A stretch of DNA of 64,000 bases from Octopus sinensis (lineage: Eukaryota). Location of the stretch: contig NC_042999.1 of assembly GCF_006345805.1 (NCBI RefSeq), forward strand, positions 164,734,001-164,798,000, read 5' to 3'. Shown here piece after piece: positions 1 to 14,524 of the stretch; within the stretch, counting starts at the first letter, position 1; each line of letters starts with the position of its first letter. A program made the position numbers and the translations under genes. The notes beneath the pieces are model-generated. The model saw only the letters and a list, made by a program, of their open reading frames with translations. It had not been told where the DNA came from and did no database searches.

Positions 1-1229
1 ATCTAAAGTATGGCCTTGAATTAAGTATCTGAGTACTAAAAGACAAAAACAGGTTTCTTATTAGAAGTAAATTTTATCTAAATTCAAAAATAGCATTATC
101 TTTACTCATATCACAAATTGCCTAGGTATATTTTATGCCTTTTTAACATTGTCAATAAAATATTAAACCAAGGTGATAATTATTTGTTTTTATTTCATCT
201 ATTTGTGCTGTATAGGATATTGAGAACATGCAGTGTAGCAGAATGGTTAAAAAGTATGCTTTTACAACCACAAGGCTTTCAGTTTGATTCCACTGTGTGA
301 CACCTTGGCCAAAATCCATCCTGTAAACCAATTGGTGACATCGCTGCTGCTGCTGGTGCCATGTAGAAAGAACCCCGTATGCTCTACAGAGCATAACTTG
401 TAGATGGAATCTGTATAGAAGCCTACTGGGGAGATTGTACATGTAATTGAAGAAGTAAAGCTCAGTTACACTGCATCATGTTGATTCTGTTTGAGAATAA
501 TATCAGGAGTACTAATCCAGGACCAAATAACTCAGATACTTTAACAACTGATATTCTCATATTCAAATGATGGCAGTCCCCCCCCCCCCCAAGAGGTTGG
601 CTGTTTATGTTCTGTGAATCAAGATATCCCTGGTTCTTTTTTTTCTTGTGTGAAAGGAAGCCTTCTTGTGAATTCTTTTGAAAAATGTTCAAAATTTATC
701 TAAAGAAGCTGAGCTTCACAGAGGAGATGACAAAGGACTCAGACAATTGGCAATTTGTTGTGCTTGAGAAGCTATAAAGACTTGTCCTCTATGTTCATGG
801 CCCACAACACCCTGCACATGATCCATGTCTGACAAACCTGTCTCCCACATCCCATATTCTCAACACCTCCATCTGTTGTACTCCCTTTTCCCTCATCTCC
901 CAATCTCCTTTGTTAAATCTCTTCCCCACAGCATATTCTCCTAACAATCGCTCCCATCCACTTCCCACTCTGCTTTTGCAAACTTGCAAACTTACCCTTC
1001 CACTCACACTATCCAATCCTTGCCCCCCCCCACTTCACTGTAATTTAATACACACCTCCTTCCTCCATCACATATTTACTATCTTTCCTTTTCCTTCTTT
1101 CCCTCACTTTCCAACTGAGGAAGCCATGTATCACCTTTACTTCAAAATACCTGTTGCTGTCCCTCTGCTCATATTCTAACCTCACTAATGGCACAAAGCC
1201 ACCTTCCTCAATACTACTCCCTGCCTCAG

Positions 1230-1460
1230 TTGAGGGGTCTTGTCTTGTACATAATTTGGTGACCTCACTGCCGCTATTGTCATTTAAAAAGTACCCAGTG
1301 CATTCTGCTATAAAGCGGTTAGCATTAAGAAGGGCATCTAGTCATAGAAACCATGCCAAAGCAGGTAGTAGAGCTTGGCACAGTCTCCTGATTTGCCTGC
1401 TCCTGTCAAACCATCCAACCCATGCCAGCATAGAAAACAAATGTCAAATGATGATGATGA
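1230..1460 (+). mobile_element. RTE-tail/SINE fragment ending in (TGA)n
   Basis: GAAGGGCATCTAG..AGAAACCATGCCAAAGC...CCCATGCCAGCAT.GAAAA...(TGA)n, shared with several other copies in the window. Confidence 0.6.
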
Positions 1461-1834
1461 AACAGTTTGGTTTCTGTTACTTTTTGGATCCCCAATATAT
1501 TCAAGAAAAATTTAGGTTATTATTTTTTAAGTTATAAATATTAATTTTTTTGCTTAAACCAGTTTATACATTAAAATATATAACATATGTCTTATGAAAT
1601 TTTTAAATATATTATGTCTGTTTTAGTAAATTTAATTTTATAAAAGAAAAAGAAAAAAATGAATAATGATGTATAATAATGTTTTTGTAAGAGTTTCTTG
1701 AGGCAAGGAATTTATTTCAAGAGTTCTTCAAGAGTTCTTCAAGGTTCTAAACCAATGAGCTAAAGTAACTCAATAACTAGTAATATGCATGTGTGCATGT
1801 ATACATATGTACATATTACATGCATATATATATA

Positions 1835-2342
1835 TCTCTTATTATAAAAGGCAGATTTTATCTGCCTCCCTTTGGGAGTTATACAAATCTACAATATAGG
1901 ATTTCTTCAATTACAATTTACCTAGCATTTTTAAGAGTAGAATGCATCGCGTCATGCCAGGTCCAGTTTTTAAAATTTAAACTCCAATTAAGCAAAATTT
2001 ACAGAAAACTCACATTCTGGTGTGTGTGTCAAATGCTTTTCTTAGTCTGGTTTACACCACACGCAAACGCACACACACAGTGGGCAACGAATAAAATGAA
2101 AGTAATTCACTTACTGTAGTGAGTGATTCTTCCACTCTGCCTCCCACTTCCTCTTTCCACACATAGACACGCAAATATATAAATAAAATTGTAAGCTAAC
2201 GTGCGTGTGTGTGAGTGTGTGTGTGTGCGTGTGTGTGTGTGTGTGAGGGTGTGTGTGTGTGTGTGTGGTGTGTGTGTGTGTGCGTGTGCGTGAGTGTGTG
2301 ACAGGAAAGTTTTTTACTACGAATATAACACCTATATCCAAG
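1835..2342 (+). mobile_element. Probable non-autonomous Helitron-like element with internal (TG)n
   Basis: Begins A|TCTCTTATTATAAAAG like a Helitron 5' end; internal microsatellite; near-identical inverted copy at about 4010-4516. 3' CTRR end not clearly seen. Confidence 0.45.
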
Positions 2343-2559
2343 TAGCAGAAAGATAAGACAGTAAGGTGTGATTTGAGGGAGATTTGGCTGCTATTTCTAC
2401 CATGTCTAGCTGCCATGTAGGGGTCTCCCTCATAGGCTCATACATACATATATACATAGATAAGACAGTAAGGTGTGATTTGGGGGAAATTTGGCTGCTA
2501 TTTCTACCAGGTCTAGCTACCATGTAGAGGTCCCCCTCATTGGCTCATATATATATACA

Positions 2560-2952
2560 CTAGCAGTATCGCCCGGCGTTGCTTGGGTTTGTAAGGGAAA
2601 TAATTATATAAGCATTTTTAGAGATGTAAAGTATAATAGCCATCTCAATATGGCTAACCACAAAGGGGGAGGGATGTTACTGTAGCTTTTTACGTTCTGA
2701 GATTTAATAATAAATTTTAGAGAGTTACTTCCCTTATATATGTCAAAAATGGATTAAAAATGGGAAAAATTGATGGTAAATTTTTTTTTAAATCGAAGAC
2801 TCATCGTAGACGCGCGCTAATACCCAGACGGTCTCGATATGAATCACGACTATAAGATACCCGGTTTTGGTTAAACTGCACCGCAAAATGTGGGAGTAGT
2901 TAGGAATCTAAATCGTAGTAGACAGACACACAACCTCACTTTTATATAAAGA
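2560..2952 (-). mobile_element. Complete non-autonomous Helitron (about 393 bp)
   Basis: Minus strand: A|TCTTTATATAAAAGTGAGG...GCAACGCCGGGCGATACTGCTAG|T. 5' TC, GC-rich subterminal segment, 3' CTAG, inserted between A and T. Copies at 4659-4785 and 47799-48190. Confidence 0.8.
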
Positions 2953-3048
2953 TTCCTCTATTTACATAATATTGAGGTCTCTTTCTTTCTTTTGTTATCT
3001 TACTGTTTTTACCAATATACATATATATATATATATAAATATATATAT

Positions 3049-3372
3049 AGTTACAGAGATGTACTTGCATAGCAAGTGACTTGATCTGAGATCGTGTGCT
3101 GGAACGAAAACAGTTGCAGCGTTGAAGGTGTTTATAAGCCATTTAAGAAACACACAAAAACCGTTAGATTCACTTCAACATTTAAATTTAATTTGTCAAA
3201 ATATTTTCGTCGCTTTGAGACCGCGACCTGTTAGCACGATATTTTTGTCAGTGAACAGGTCGCGGTCTCAAAGCGACGAAATATTTTGGCAAATTAAATT
3301 TAAATGTTGAAGTGAATGTAACGGTTTTTGTGTGTTTCTTAAATGGCTTACAAATACCTTCCACGCTGCAAT
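3049..3372. repeat. Foldback made from two opposed partial copies of a dispersed repeat
   Basis: 3112-3232 pairs with 3254-3372; a single unfolded copy of the same repeat lies at about 39670-39878 (minus). Confidence 0.8.
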
Positions 3373-4658
3373 ATATATATACACACATATATATATATGT
3401 ATGTATGTATATATGTGTGTATATGTGTCTGCATGTATGTGTGTGTGTGTGTGCGTGTCTGTGCTTGTGATTGTCCTCCACCACTGATTGACAACGAATG
3501 TTGGTTTGTCTACATCCCTGTCACCTAGTGGTTTGACAAAGGAAACAGATAGAATATGTACAATGCTTACAAAAATAAAACTGGAGTTGATTCATTAAAC
3601 TACAATTCTTCAAGGCATTGCCCCAGCATGGCCACAGAGCAATGGCTGGAAAAAGCAGAAGAATAAAAGAATACATTCTCTGCTTTGGTCTTATGTTCAA
3701 GGCATGAGAAAGCTTGAGTTTACATGAGAAGGCCTAACAGACCTGGTAGAAACAGCAGCCAAATCTCCCTCAAATCACACCTTACTGTCTTATGTATGTA
3801 TATATATATGAGCCAATGAGGGGGACCTCTACATGGTAGCTAGACCTGGTAGAAATAGCAGCCAAATTTCCCCCAATCACACCTTACTGTCTTATCTATG
3901 TATATATGTATGTATGACCTATGAGGGAGACCCCTACATGGCAGCTAGACATGGTAGAAATCGCAGCCAAATCTCCCTCAAATCACACCTTACTGTCTTA
4001 TCTTTCTGCTACTTGGATATAGGTGTTATATTCGTAGTAAAAAACTTTCCTGTCACACACTCACGCACACGCACACACACACACACACACGCACCCTCAC
4101 ACACACACACACGCGCACACACACACACACACACACTCACACACACGCACGTTAGCTTACAATTTTATTTATATATTTGCGCGTCTATGTGTTGAAAGAG
4201 GAAGTGGGAGGCAGAGTGAAAGAATCACTCACTACAGTAAGTGAATTACTATCATTTTATTCGTTGCCCACTGTGTGTGTGCGTTTGCGTGTGGTGTAAA
4301 CCAGACTAAGAAAAGCATTTGACACACACACCAGAATGTGAGTTTTCTGTAAATTTTGCTTAATTGGAGTTTAAATTTTAAAAACTGGACCTGGCATGAC
4401 GCGATGCATTGTACTCTTAAAAATGCTAGGTAAATTGTAATTGAAGAAATCCTATATTGTAGATTTGTATAACTCCCAAAGGGAGGCAGATAAAATCTGC
4501 CTTTAATAATAAGAGATACATAAGACAGTAAGGTGTGATTTGAGGGAGATTTGGCTGCTGTTTCTACCAGGTCTGTTAGGCCTTCTCATGTAAACTCAAG
4601 CTTTCTCATGCCTTGAACATACGACCAAAGCAGAGAATGTATTCTTTTATTCTTCTGC

Positions 4659-4785
4659 TACAGTAACACCCCCCCCCCCTTTGTGGGTAGCCATATTGAG
4701 ATGGCTATTATACTTTACATCTCTAAAAATGCTTATATAATTATTTCCCTTACAAACCCGAGCAACGCCGGGCGATACTGCTAGT
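4659..4785 (+). mobile_element. 3' fragment of the same non-autonomous Helitron
   Basis: Reverse complement of 2560-2685; ends GATACTGCTAG|T. Confidence 0.75.
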
Positions 4786-6770
4786 ATATATATATAAGTG
4801 AAGAATAGGGTATTTGGTATTACATTCATTCTAGGGTGTACAATTGTTCCAATAGCATGCAAGTGACCAATGAAACATCATGTCTATAGACATGAATGAT
4901 CACAATGGTTTAGTCATGTGCATTATGTAGTGTATATTGCAAAATAGCCTCAGCAGTCACTTGATCACAACTCAACAGACAAATATATGTGTACATAACA
5001 TCTATCATGTGTTACAGTCAGATGGACAATTGTTATGACGTTTAGAGCTCCACACAGATTATCATCAACCAATCTATTTCCAGCAAAGTGGTGTACTTAG
5101 AAGTATTATTAGTACAGCATATGTAATCAAAATACATATGTAATACAGCATATGTAATCAAAATTATGATAAAACACAAGATGTAGTGTATATCATTTGT
5201 TTCCTAAGTACATTTCACCATGTGGTTATTTGCATTCTCTGCAGTGGGTGCTCCAATTACAAATGAATGTTGACCCACAGATCAAATATTTTTATATGAG
5301 TAAGCATAATGCAGCAAGCATTCCTCCTGTAATTCAGCCATCAACTGCACTCGAAGCACCAACTGCCTCATTTCTTCTTCTTTTTTTTTCTCTCTTGTTG
5401 ATAAAAGGATATTACCCAAAAGGTTGCTTTGCAAATGGAACATAATGACTTTGAATGAATGACAAAAAAATGTGTGTACATATGCATGTATGTATTATGT
5501 ATGTATGAAGGTATGTTTGCATCTATGTATGCATATTTCCATGTATTTATATAAGTATGAATGCAAGCATACGTTTGCATATGTATGTCCATCTCTGTGT
5601 AGCCCTTCAATTCATGTGTGCGTGTATGATCCATAATGGCTATGATGTCAGCTAGTTTAGTGGTTTCTATCCAATACACATTGTTATGCTGGGCCCGTGC
5701 AAATTAATAATGATAATAATGGTTTCAAAATTTTGGCACAAAACTAGCAATTTCAGGAGAGGGGATGAGTCAAATACATTGATACCAGTTCTCAACTGGT
5801 ACTTATTTTATTGATTCAGAAAGGATGAAAAGCAAAGTCAACCTTAGCAGACAAAATGCCTCTAAGTGTTTTGCCAGGAATGCTATTATTATTAAGGTGT
5901 GCTCACTGCCTTAATAATAATAATGATGATGATGATGATGATAGATCAAAAATTAAGAAAAAACTCAAAGTTTCAATAATATTAATGATAATAATAATAA
6001 TTTTGACACAAGGCCAGCAATCCCAAGAAATGAAGCAAATCAATTACATCAACTCCAGTGCTCAATTGATACTCATTTTATCAACCCTGAAAGGATGAAA
6101 GTCGACCTCAGCAGAATCAGAACTCAGAACATGAAGACAGACAAAATACTGCTAAGCATTTTGGCCATTATGCAAACAATACTGCCAGCTCACTGCCTTA
6201 ATAATGATAATAGTGATAATAATAATGATGATATGATGATTATGATGATAATAAATAAATAAAAATTTAAAAACTTAAAGTTTCATTAACTTGCTCCACT
6301 TGGCTGTAACTAAGCATCATAAAATGAAATTGCATTATTCTTTGAAAAGTGACTGCACCGTAAAATTGCTGAGTTACGCAAAGTGGTTCATGAACTGCAT
6401 TGCTAAATGCAGCACTTTGCTGTTGGTGAGCTTGGGCCATAGTAGAAGCAGTTAACAGCATAACCTCACTTTCAGCTTTGTCAGGATTATTTCAGGAAAG
6501 ATTCAAATATGAACGGAATGGCATAAATACAATACGTGAGTGTAGGACAGATTTGCCGGGAACAGGCTTTTCCATTTAAATAATAACATTGATCAAATAT
6601 ATACACGATGTAAATTTGATAGTCTCTGTTAACAAAAAGTGTTTTATAAAAAATTTGCATATGTATGTGTATTTGCATACATGCATACACACACACATAT
6701 AAGGTTCTTTGAAAAACACTTTTTGTCAACAGGGACTATATGTATGTATGTGTGTATGTATATATATCTA

Positions 6771-6848
<78 letters not shown>

Positions 6849-7625
6849 TATACATACATACACACACACATATATAATTTTTCTCCCTCCCTAACCCTCT
6901 CTCTCATATGTGCATGTGTGTATATTTGTGAGTTCAGCTGTAAGTAGGTTTATGAATATACATGTATGTGCTGTGACTATCTTTAAGAAAGCACTTCATT
7001 ACTTCCAACACACCTCTACACACCACGTAAGTAGTTGTAATAAGTAGTAGTAGTAGTAGTAATAGTCAGATATAGGGTGATAGTTAAACTGCTGCTCATA
7101 GAAATACTAGAACTAGTTAGCTAAATAGGTGAAGTGTGTAGGTGTTAACTTCATGCAGTGACATTCAGGTCACATAATCGATACAAGTCTTTGTACATAG
7201 ACATCTAAGACTATGCCAGCCAAGTGTCTACCTATTTTCATACCTCACTGATTGTTTGTCAAATCCATCCATTTGCTTAACTGCTTGTCCATCTATTCTG
7301 TCCATCTACCTGTCCATCCATTCCCAACTTAGAAAAAGAAAACCTAAACCCAAATATATCCATTTTGCCTGACAACTCACCACCAATCCCCCCTCAACTG
7401 CCTGACTTGGAAAGGAGTAATAGGGAGAACGAGAGAGGGGAAAGAGAGTATTGCTTTTGTGCGATTGGCAGATAAACACATACGGACAATTGAGCAGAGG
7501 CGAGCAGGAAAATGGGAACAGGAAATAGAACATTGTCAACTTAGTTGAAGCTTTGATGAAAGAGGAGTGGTTGCAAAGTCACAACAATAGTTAGCCTGCC
7601 ACTCTCTGTCTGTTGTCGGTCTCTC

Positions 7626-7696
<71 letters not shown>

Positions 7697-7770
7697 GAGA
7701 GAGATGGAGAGACGGATAGATAGGGAGAGGGAGAAAGACAGATTCAGAGAGATTGACTTACACACATGTG

Positions 7771-7817
<47 letters not shown>

Positions 7818-8279
7818 CGTGTGTGTGTACCACCACAATCTAGACATGACAGATCTGCAACAGTTCACTGAGGATATTGAGAGGTGTGAAAGTATGGCAT
7901 TGATCTCAAATGCATATATAGTTACTCATGTGAAATGATATAGCAGCCCCTTTGGAACCAACAACTGGTGTCTTGTAGAACCTGTTCCCCACCCATTACT
8001 ACTGCAAAGGAGAAGCCAGAAGCCAACAAGGTAGTTTCTATATGTTAAAACAACAGCCAAATCTCCCCTCCACACAGCAACCAACTTAAAGACTGATACA
8101 TTAGAGAATATAATCACTGACATACAAAAGACAAGATGGTCATGGATGGAATGCCTTTGATTATAAGCTTGTTCAGGAATAACATGGGACTAAACAATAA
8201 TAAAACCATTAAAAATCAGATATTAAACTGCTCATGCTGTACTGGAAGGAAATAAGAATCCATCACTTATTCATTCAAG

Positions 8280-8775
8280 AGGACAAGTTCGCAGACATTA
8301 CACTGGTTTGGTCATGTGATGTAAATGGATCCTAACAGCTCAAAGTAGATGGAACACATGGAAAAGAGAGACCCAGGAAGACATGGACAAAGTACTGAAG
8401 GACAACCTCAGAATACTGAACCTTTCAGTTGCAAATGACAAAGGATCAAGATACTTGGTGCATTGCTGTACTCAAGAAGACCTGTACCCACAGCAGAAGT
8501 GTTAAGGTTGCTTCCCCCAATGAAGAGGATTGGCCTGAAAGAGTCCTGTGTTGGCGCTATGTGTAAAGTGCTTGTGATGGTGCCATGTACAAGTGCTTGT
8601 GTAGTGCCACATAAAAGCACCCAGCACACAGTGGCTGGTGTTAGAAAAGAATCCAGCCATGGCAACCATGCCAAATCAGACTGGAACTTAGTGCAGCTCT
8701 CTGGCTTGCCAGCTCTGGTCAAACAATCCAATCCATGCCAGCATGGAAAACAGACATATGATGATGATGATGATG
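8280..8775 (+). mobile_element. RTE LINE 3' end and 3' UTR ending in (TGA)n
   Basis: Degenerate LHWFGHVM...RPRKTW...KDNLR; shared 3' UTR module ending GCATGGAAAACAGAC...(GAT)n. Confidence 0.65.
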
Positions 8776-9572
8776 TTATTCTGTAAGTATGTGACTTATT
8801 TGGAGGATGCACATGCAAATAGATATCCATCCAGCTATCTTCTCCGCTCACTATTTCTAGATGTGTTATGGGTGCAGTGTCCTCAGTTACTCCTCCATTA
8901 GGTTCAATCAGAAGCAACTGTGATTAGATTTTCCAGATGGATTCCTAAGTGTGACCAATTGAAACAATGGATATTACTCAACCATCTCATTCTTGGTTTC
9001 CTGCCAGTTGGCTCAACTTGAATTTGTCTTGAGATTCTTTAATGTAACATTCTAATCACATGTTAATGGTACCTGAAGTATGATCTCTAACTGTGGATAA
9101 ATCATGGCTTGACCTAGAGAGATTCTCTGATCTCCAGGTAACATTACTCTTCCAAGTAACATTATTCCAGAGACTCTTCGGAGGAACCCCACTTAGGCCC
9201 CTTTGCGGTTGTACTCTTTTGGTCCTTACCCACTCTTCATCACTATGGGTAAAGATAGATAAATATATGAATAATAGTATCAATAACTAAAATATCTGTT
9301 CATGGAGCCTATTTTATCTTTTCATGAGGTGTTAAGCAAATGAGTGAGAACATTTACTGTGGACTGGCTATTGGTCATTTTGTATGTAATCAAGACCAAT
9401 ATATATATATTCGTATACTTTTGGATCAAAATAGTTTGATTCAAATTCATTGATACTCTTGAATTTCAAGTGTGATGCTAGTTGTCAGCCATTTCAAATT
9501 TGGTCCATACATGTAACTCCCAATAAATTTGTTGAGTGCCCTTCTTTTATTTGTCTGCTCACTTGTACATAC

Positions 9573-9617
<45 letters not shown>

Positions 9618-9911
9618 CAATAAGTTATAACATAATGAAGTATACAAATATATCCTTATCATGTGATTTAAGACTCTGATCATTATGATCTTGTTTCTCA
9701 TCAGAGGATATTACTGGTACTCCAAGTTAAAAAGGGTAGCATGCCTTGTACAAACCTATGAGAAAAACCGTTGAAAGTGAGTGTTAAATTCAAGTGGTCA
9801 AAGTGTATAGTATAAATACAATATTATAACATTTCTAATATATTAAATAAAATATATTAGATACATTATAACTTAGGTGGTTCGTTAGCAATTAAAACCT
9901 AAAGACAAGTT

Positions 9912-10601
9912 GATAAACAAGGATACACATTAGTACTGGCAATTGCTAGAAATATGAGTCAAAAAAGGACTTGAATAGCCACGAAGCATTAACCTCACGA
10001 AATTGATGGACTGTGAATGAGCAAGCTAAAAGCACCTTTCGATGGTGAGATAAACTCACAAAATGAAATATACAGACATATCCTTATCACGTGATTTCGA
10101 GCTCTGATCATTATGATGTTGTTTCTTCTTAGAGGATTTTATCTGGTACTCTGGGTTAAAAAGGGTAGCATGCCTCATACAAATTCATGAGAAAAACCAT
10201 TGAAAGTGAGCACAAAATACATATTAATATATTATAATATTAATATGTTATAATATCTTATTGTAGCTATACTACACACTTTGATCATTTGAATTTAGGG
10301 CTCACTTTCAATGATTTTTCTCATAAGTTTGTACGAGGCATGCTACCCTTTTTTAATCTAGAGTACCAGTAAGACCATCTGATAACAAAGAAGATCATAA
10401 TGACCAGAGTTCAAAATCACATGATAAGGATATGTCTGTGCACTTCATTTTGTGACCTCATCTCACCATAGAAAGGTGCTTTTAGCTTGCTTGCTCATTC
10501 GCATTCCATCAATTTCATGAGGTTAGAGCTTTGTGGCTATTTGAGTCTTTTTTTACTCTTATTTCTAGCAATTGCAAGTACTAATTTGTACCCTTGTTTA
10601 T
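9912..10601. repeat. Large palindromic (foldback/MITE-like) element, arms about 300 bp; extra partial direct copy at 9640-9810
   Basis: 9912-10210 is the reverse complement of about 10299-10601, with scattered mismatches. Confidence 0.8.
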
Positions 10602-10602
10602 T

Positions 10603-10636
<34 letters not shown>

Positions 10637-10795
10637 TATATATATATATTAGTCATAATGATGATATTTAAACCTCTTATAGGGGTATTTTATCCAAGAT
10701 AAACTGGTTTAATATGTTATATTTTGAAGAGATATTTCTTCAATGAGTATATCATATAAAATATCATAAAATATCAAATGTTATTATTGAGTTGG

Positions 10796-10942
10796 AAAAC
10801 AGAAAGATCTAATGGATACAAATTAACTTATTAATTACTTAACATATTGTTTCATTTCACAAATTTTGTGAAATGAAACAATTGAAGGTGAAGTTGTTGA
10901 TTAATTAATAAATTAATTTGTATCCATTAGATCGCTGTTTTT
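10796..10942. repeat. Small foldback with a near-perfect inner palindrome
   Basis: Outer arms AAAACAG..GATCTAATGGATACAAATTAA / TTAATTTGTATCCATTAGATC..CTGTTTT; inner ATTGTTTCATTTCACAAATTTTGTGAAATGAAACAAT. Confidence 0.7.
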
Positions 10943-11399
10943 TAACTAGATAATAATAATAATAATAATAATAATATAATAATAATAATAATATATATAT
11001 ATATATGTGTTTGTGTGTGTGCTGTAACCTTGCCTTGACATTGCATGAAAATGTCCAGTCAAGGAAAAGTATTACCTTACTTGGAAACAGGCGGGGATGG
11101 CAACAATGGCATCCAACCGCAGAAAATCTGCTTTAACAAATTCTCTCTGACCCATGCAAACATGGGGAAGTGGATGTTAACAGGATGATGATGATTTGGA
11201 GGGTGGGGGGGGGCGCATATATGTAAAAACCTCTAAATCCTAATCTTGTGTTAGGTTGCATTTTGCTACTGGAGGGGATGGCTGCTGTTGTAGCACTACC
11301 TTTTTCCAGTCAGTAAGTCTTTTGTTAAGATAGGTTATCTTTCATTACATTGTCTCAAGTTTACTATGATCTCTTTCTCTCTCTCAGGTTTCCTTAATT

Positions 11400-12000
11400 T
11401 GGAATACTTGGCAATTTTGTATGCAGTAGTTACCCCTCAACAAGTATAACCAGCCCATAGCAGCATAACCTCCTGCCTTGCATTCAATACCTGACTTCCC
11501 TCCTATTCAGTTTGTCTCTTAGCACATTTCTACTCTGCCAATCTATTTAAGCATGCTAGTTTTGTTTCATTTTAATTTTCCTAAATGTTCTGTATTGAAG
11601 ACCCATGTCTTGAAACCATCAGGCATTGCACATCTAATACAAGCACCATACAATCTACTCTTCACTCTGAAGGAGTACTTTTTCCAACTCATTCTTAATC
11701 TAGCTATTAAACTTTCAGAGTATCATTTCACCTGTTAAGTATGTTTCTTAGATAATAGATGCTATCAAATACTTCTAGTGAGCCATCCAGGCATTCACTA
11801 ATACACTCATAGTACATACTGCTCCAGTGGCATCTGCTGCATACAAAGTTCATTTTTCTATTGGCCTGCAATCCTTAAATTGGTTAAAGCAAACGGAATT
11901 TATACTTGCTCTTTGTCTGAATAGCAAGCAACACTGTATCCCTGATGATATCAAGGTCCAGTCATCATTCCTGCTTATTAACAAGCTTGTTTTTCTCTCA
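11400..12000 (-). mobile_element. Highly decayed RTE LINE fragment (post-RT region)
   Basis: Minus frames give LEVFDSIYYL and WKKYSFRVKSRLYGACIR, resembling RTE motifs LEVVDSFCYLG and KGRLYxACVR; many stops. Confidence 0.5.
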
Positions 12001-14524
12001 GAAACAGTATACTCTACACTATATTATCTCATTTCCCTTTTTTTTTCAGACAATGAGATGCTATTTGAGGGAGAACTGACAGCTATTTCTTTGAATTTGA
12101 GTGACTGTGAAGAGGATTCCTCATTAGCAATTATAGTGATGGTAATACAGTTGGTGATGGTTATGGTGGTGATAATGGTGGAGTTGGCAATCGTGACAAA
12201 TGTGACAATAGTCACCGATGGAAAGCATACTAGATGTAATATGAACTCAAAACTACAATACTTTTAGAAAATGGAAAATTAGAAGTTATGATGTTTAAGC
12301 CTTTAGCATTTAAGCCGGCCATATCCGGCCAAAAGTATTCTGCCTGTTTTATGTTCAAACTGGCCAGATCTGGTCTCTCACACCAACCCTACAATATTGT
12401 TTTAAAAATTAACAGCTACCACATCAAAATCTCAAAGCTACGAGATAATGAACGATTAGTTCAAAGCAATGTGGATAAAGAAAGATTAATTTTGGCAGAA
12501 TAATGTGAACACTAAAGGGTTAAGCCTTTCTCTGCAGCATCAAATGGTTCCAACAGCTAACTCACTTCCTCAAACAACAGAACAATATTTACTTCAATAA
12601 CACTGCTAATACTCTGATTATTTGGAACCACTTTTATTAAATGTTAGGGATCACCAACAATAAAAGACATAAGGAAGAAAATATTTACACATTAAGTTCA
12701 AATTCCATCAGGATCATCTTTGTCTTCCACTCCTTAAGTGCTGGTAAAATAAGAATCATTGAAGTACTGGGTTCAATATATTTTACTATATTCATCCCTA
12801 AACTGTATAAACTTATAATCTTCTACCATTAATAAAAACTTTAAATTTCTTGTAGATTTGTGCAGACAGTACCTATTGTGTGAATGGTTTTGACTGAATT
12901 TCTCAAATGTTAACTGCATCATGTCATTTAGATTGCATCAAGATAGAATAGTTGTTAGGTTAGAAGATGAGAGTAGCATACAGTGTCCAACTGGTCAACT
13001 ACAGAGACCACGAGTTTTTGATCTACACATACAACTCAAGATGGACACACAGACAGAAAACCCAATAAAGTAGTTATGTGGGAGAAAATAGAGGGAATTC
13101 TCAGCAACTAGTGGTGGGCCTCTCTGAAGATAGTTACTAGAGACAAAATGAGAAAATACAGCAAAAAATTAGCAATATAAAACAATAGATTAGGAGTGCT
13201 CATTACTAGATGTGAAGAGGTGATTAGAAAAAGCATTACAACTGACAGGATAGTGGCAAAAATGGTTCTTGACCATTTCTTCAATGAGAAAATATGAAGG
13301 TTGTATTATCAGTGTTAAGGCTTAGACATGATGGAACAAAAGCATTGAGTGGGTCCAAGCAGAGGCATGGCATGGAAGCAAAGTCACAAATATAGTTCAT
13401 GATAGATATGGGTTTTTGAATCCTAGGCAGATAAGTCCAGTTTTCAAGCAGCACATTGCTGGATTGTTTGGAAGCAGTAGTTTGTTAAAGATAGTTAACT
13501 TTAATGCACATGCTGGCTGAAGAACACAGCTTGAAAAGGGCACTGGCATTTGGTAGTCAAAGTAATCCTGGATGCATGGGGTGCTTTGATTAGCCCTAGG
13601 TGAGACAACTCATTTCATTCTATTTGTATATTTTCATAACTGCCTTTCAATTGATTCTGTGAAACCCAACTCCTAAAGTTTTTTTGACTTTGTCCAAGTA
13701 ATATCCCTTCATTCATAATCCTTGTAACACCACCACCACCATCATCTGTTAACCCTTCAGCAATTAATCCAGCCATAACTGGCTCACATTCTACCTGCTT
13801 TATGTTAAAACTGACCACATCCAAACTCTCACACTTATCCTACAGTGTCATTCTAAAAATACACAAACACAGTGTTGAAATCTTAAAGCTACAAAGTAAT
13901 GCATGGATTAATTCAAAACAATGTGAATGAATAAGCATTACATTTGACAGAGAAATCTGAATGCTAAAAGGTTAATTCCATCTACAGTGTTTTTAGTGCT
14001 AGCCTACAAAGAAGATAACCCAAGTAGAAAGAGTCAACTGTCCATATACAAAAAATTAGAGAAGATAACACAAACTGGAAAATATCCATGCCCACCCTAA
14101 ACCACAAACAACATGTTTGTATATAAAATGACTGCCAAAAATAGCAGCCAGTCTCCCACGGATCACAGGCCACTGTTTTAAATAAAGATAGGCACATAGG
14201 AAGAATTATATACAAAACAAAGCCAGATTGCCTTTGACCAAAAGTGTGCTCAATCAGGGCTGACCTGGAGTTACACATCATAGTCATCATCCCTTAAACA
14301 TGAAGAAGCCTCTACATTAGTCATGAGCCCATGGGACTTTATGAATGGCATGCCTGATGATGAACCATGTTTCACACTGCCCACTTCTCAAAAAAGGTTG
14401 CCCATTCCTGCTCTACATAATTACTCGACCTGCTAGAAGTGGCAGCCAAATAACACTTCAGTCTCATACCATTGTCTTAAAATAGATAGAACATATTAAG
14501 TAATACAAACTTAGATGCTCCTAT

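Noticed and set aside
5197-5445. ORF with a hydrophobic C-terminus resembling a GPI signal
   Set aside because: The hydrophobic run comes from a poly-T tract; no homolog recognised.
6267-6461. Protein-like ORF MLLTASTMAQAHQQQ...
   Set aside because: No recognisable homology or convincing splice sites; the opposite strand is similarly open.
7381-7405. Minus-strand micro-exon with strong pyrimidine tract and GTGAGT donor
   Set aside because: 25 nt, so frameshifting, and no recognisable PKC peptide; could be a poison exon but is unsupported.
11827-12267. 146-aa ORF
   Set aside because: Antisense to a decayed RTE plus a GTG/ATG-rich low-complexity stretch.
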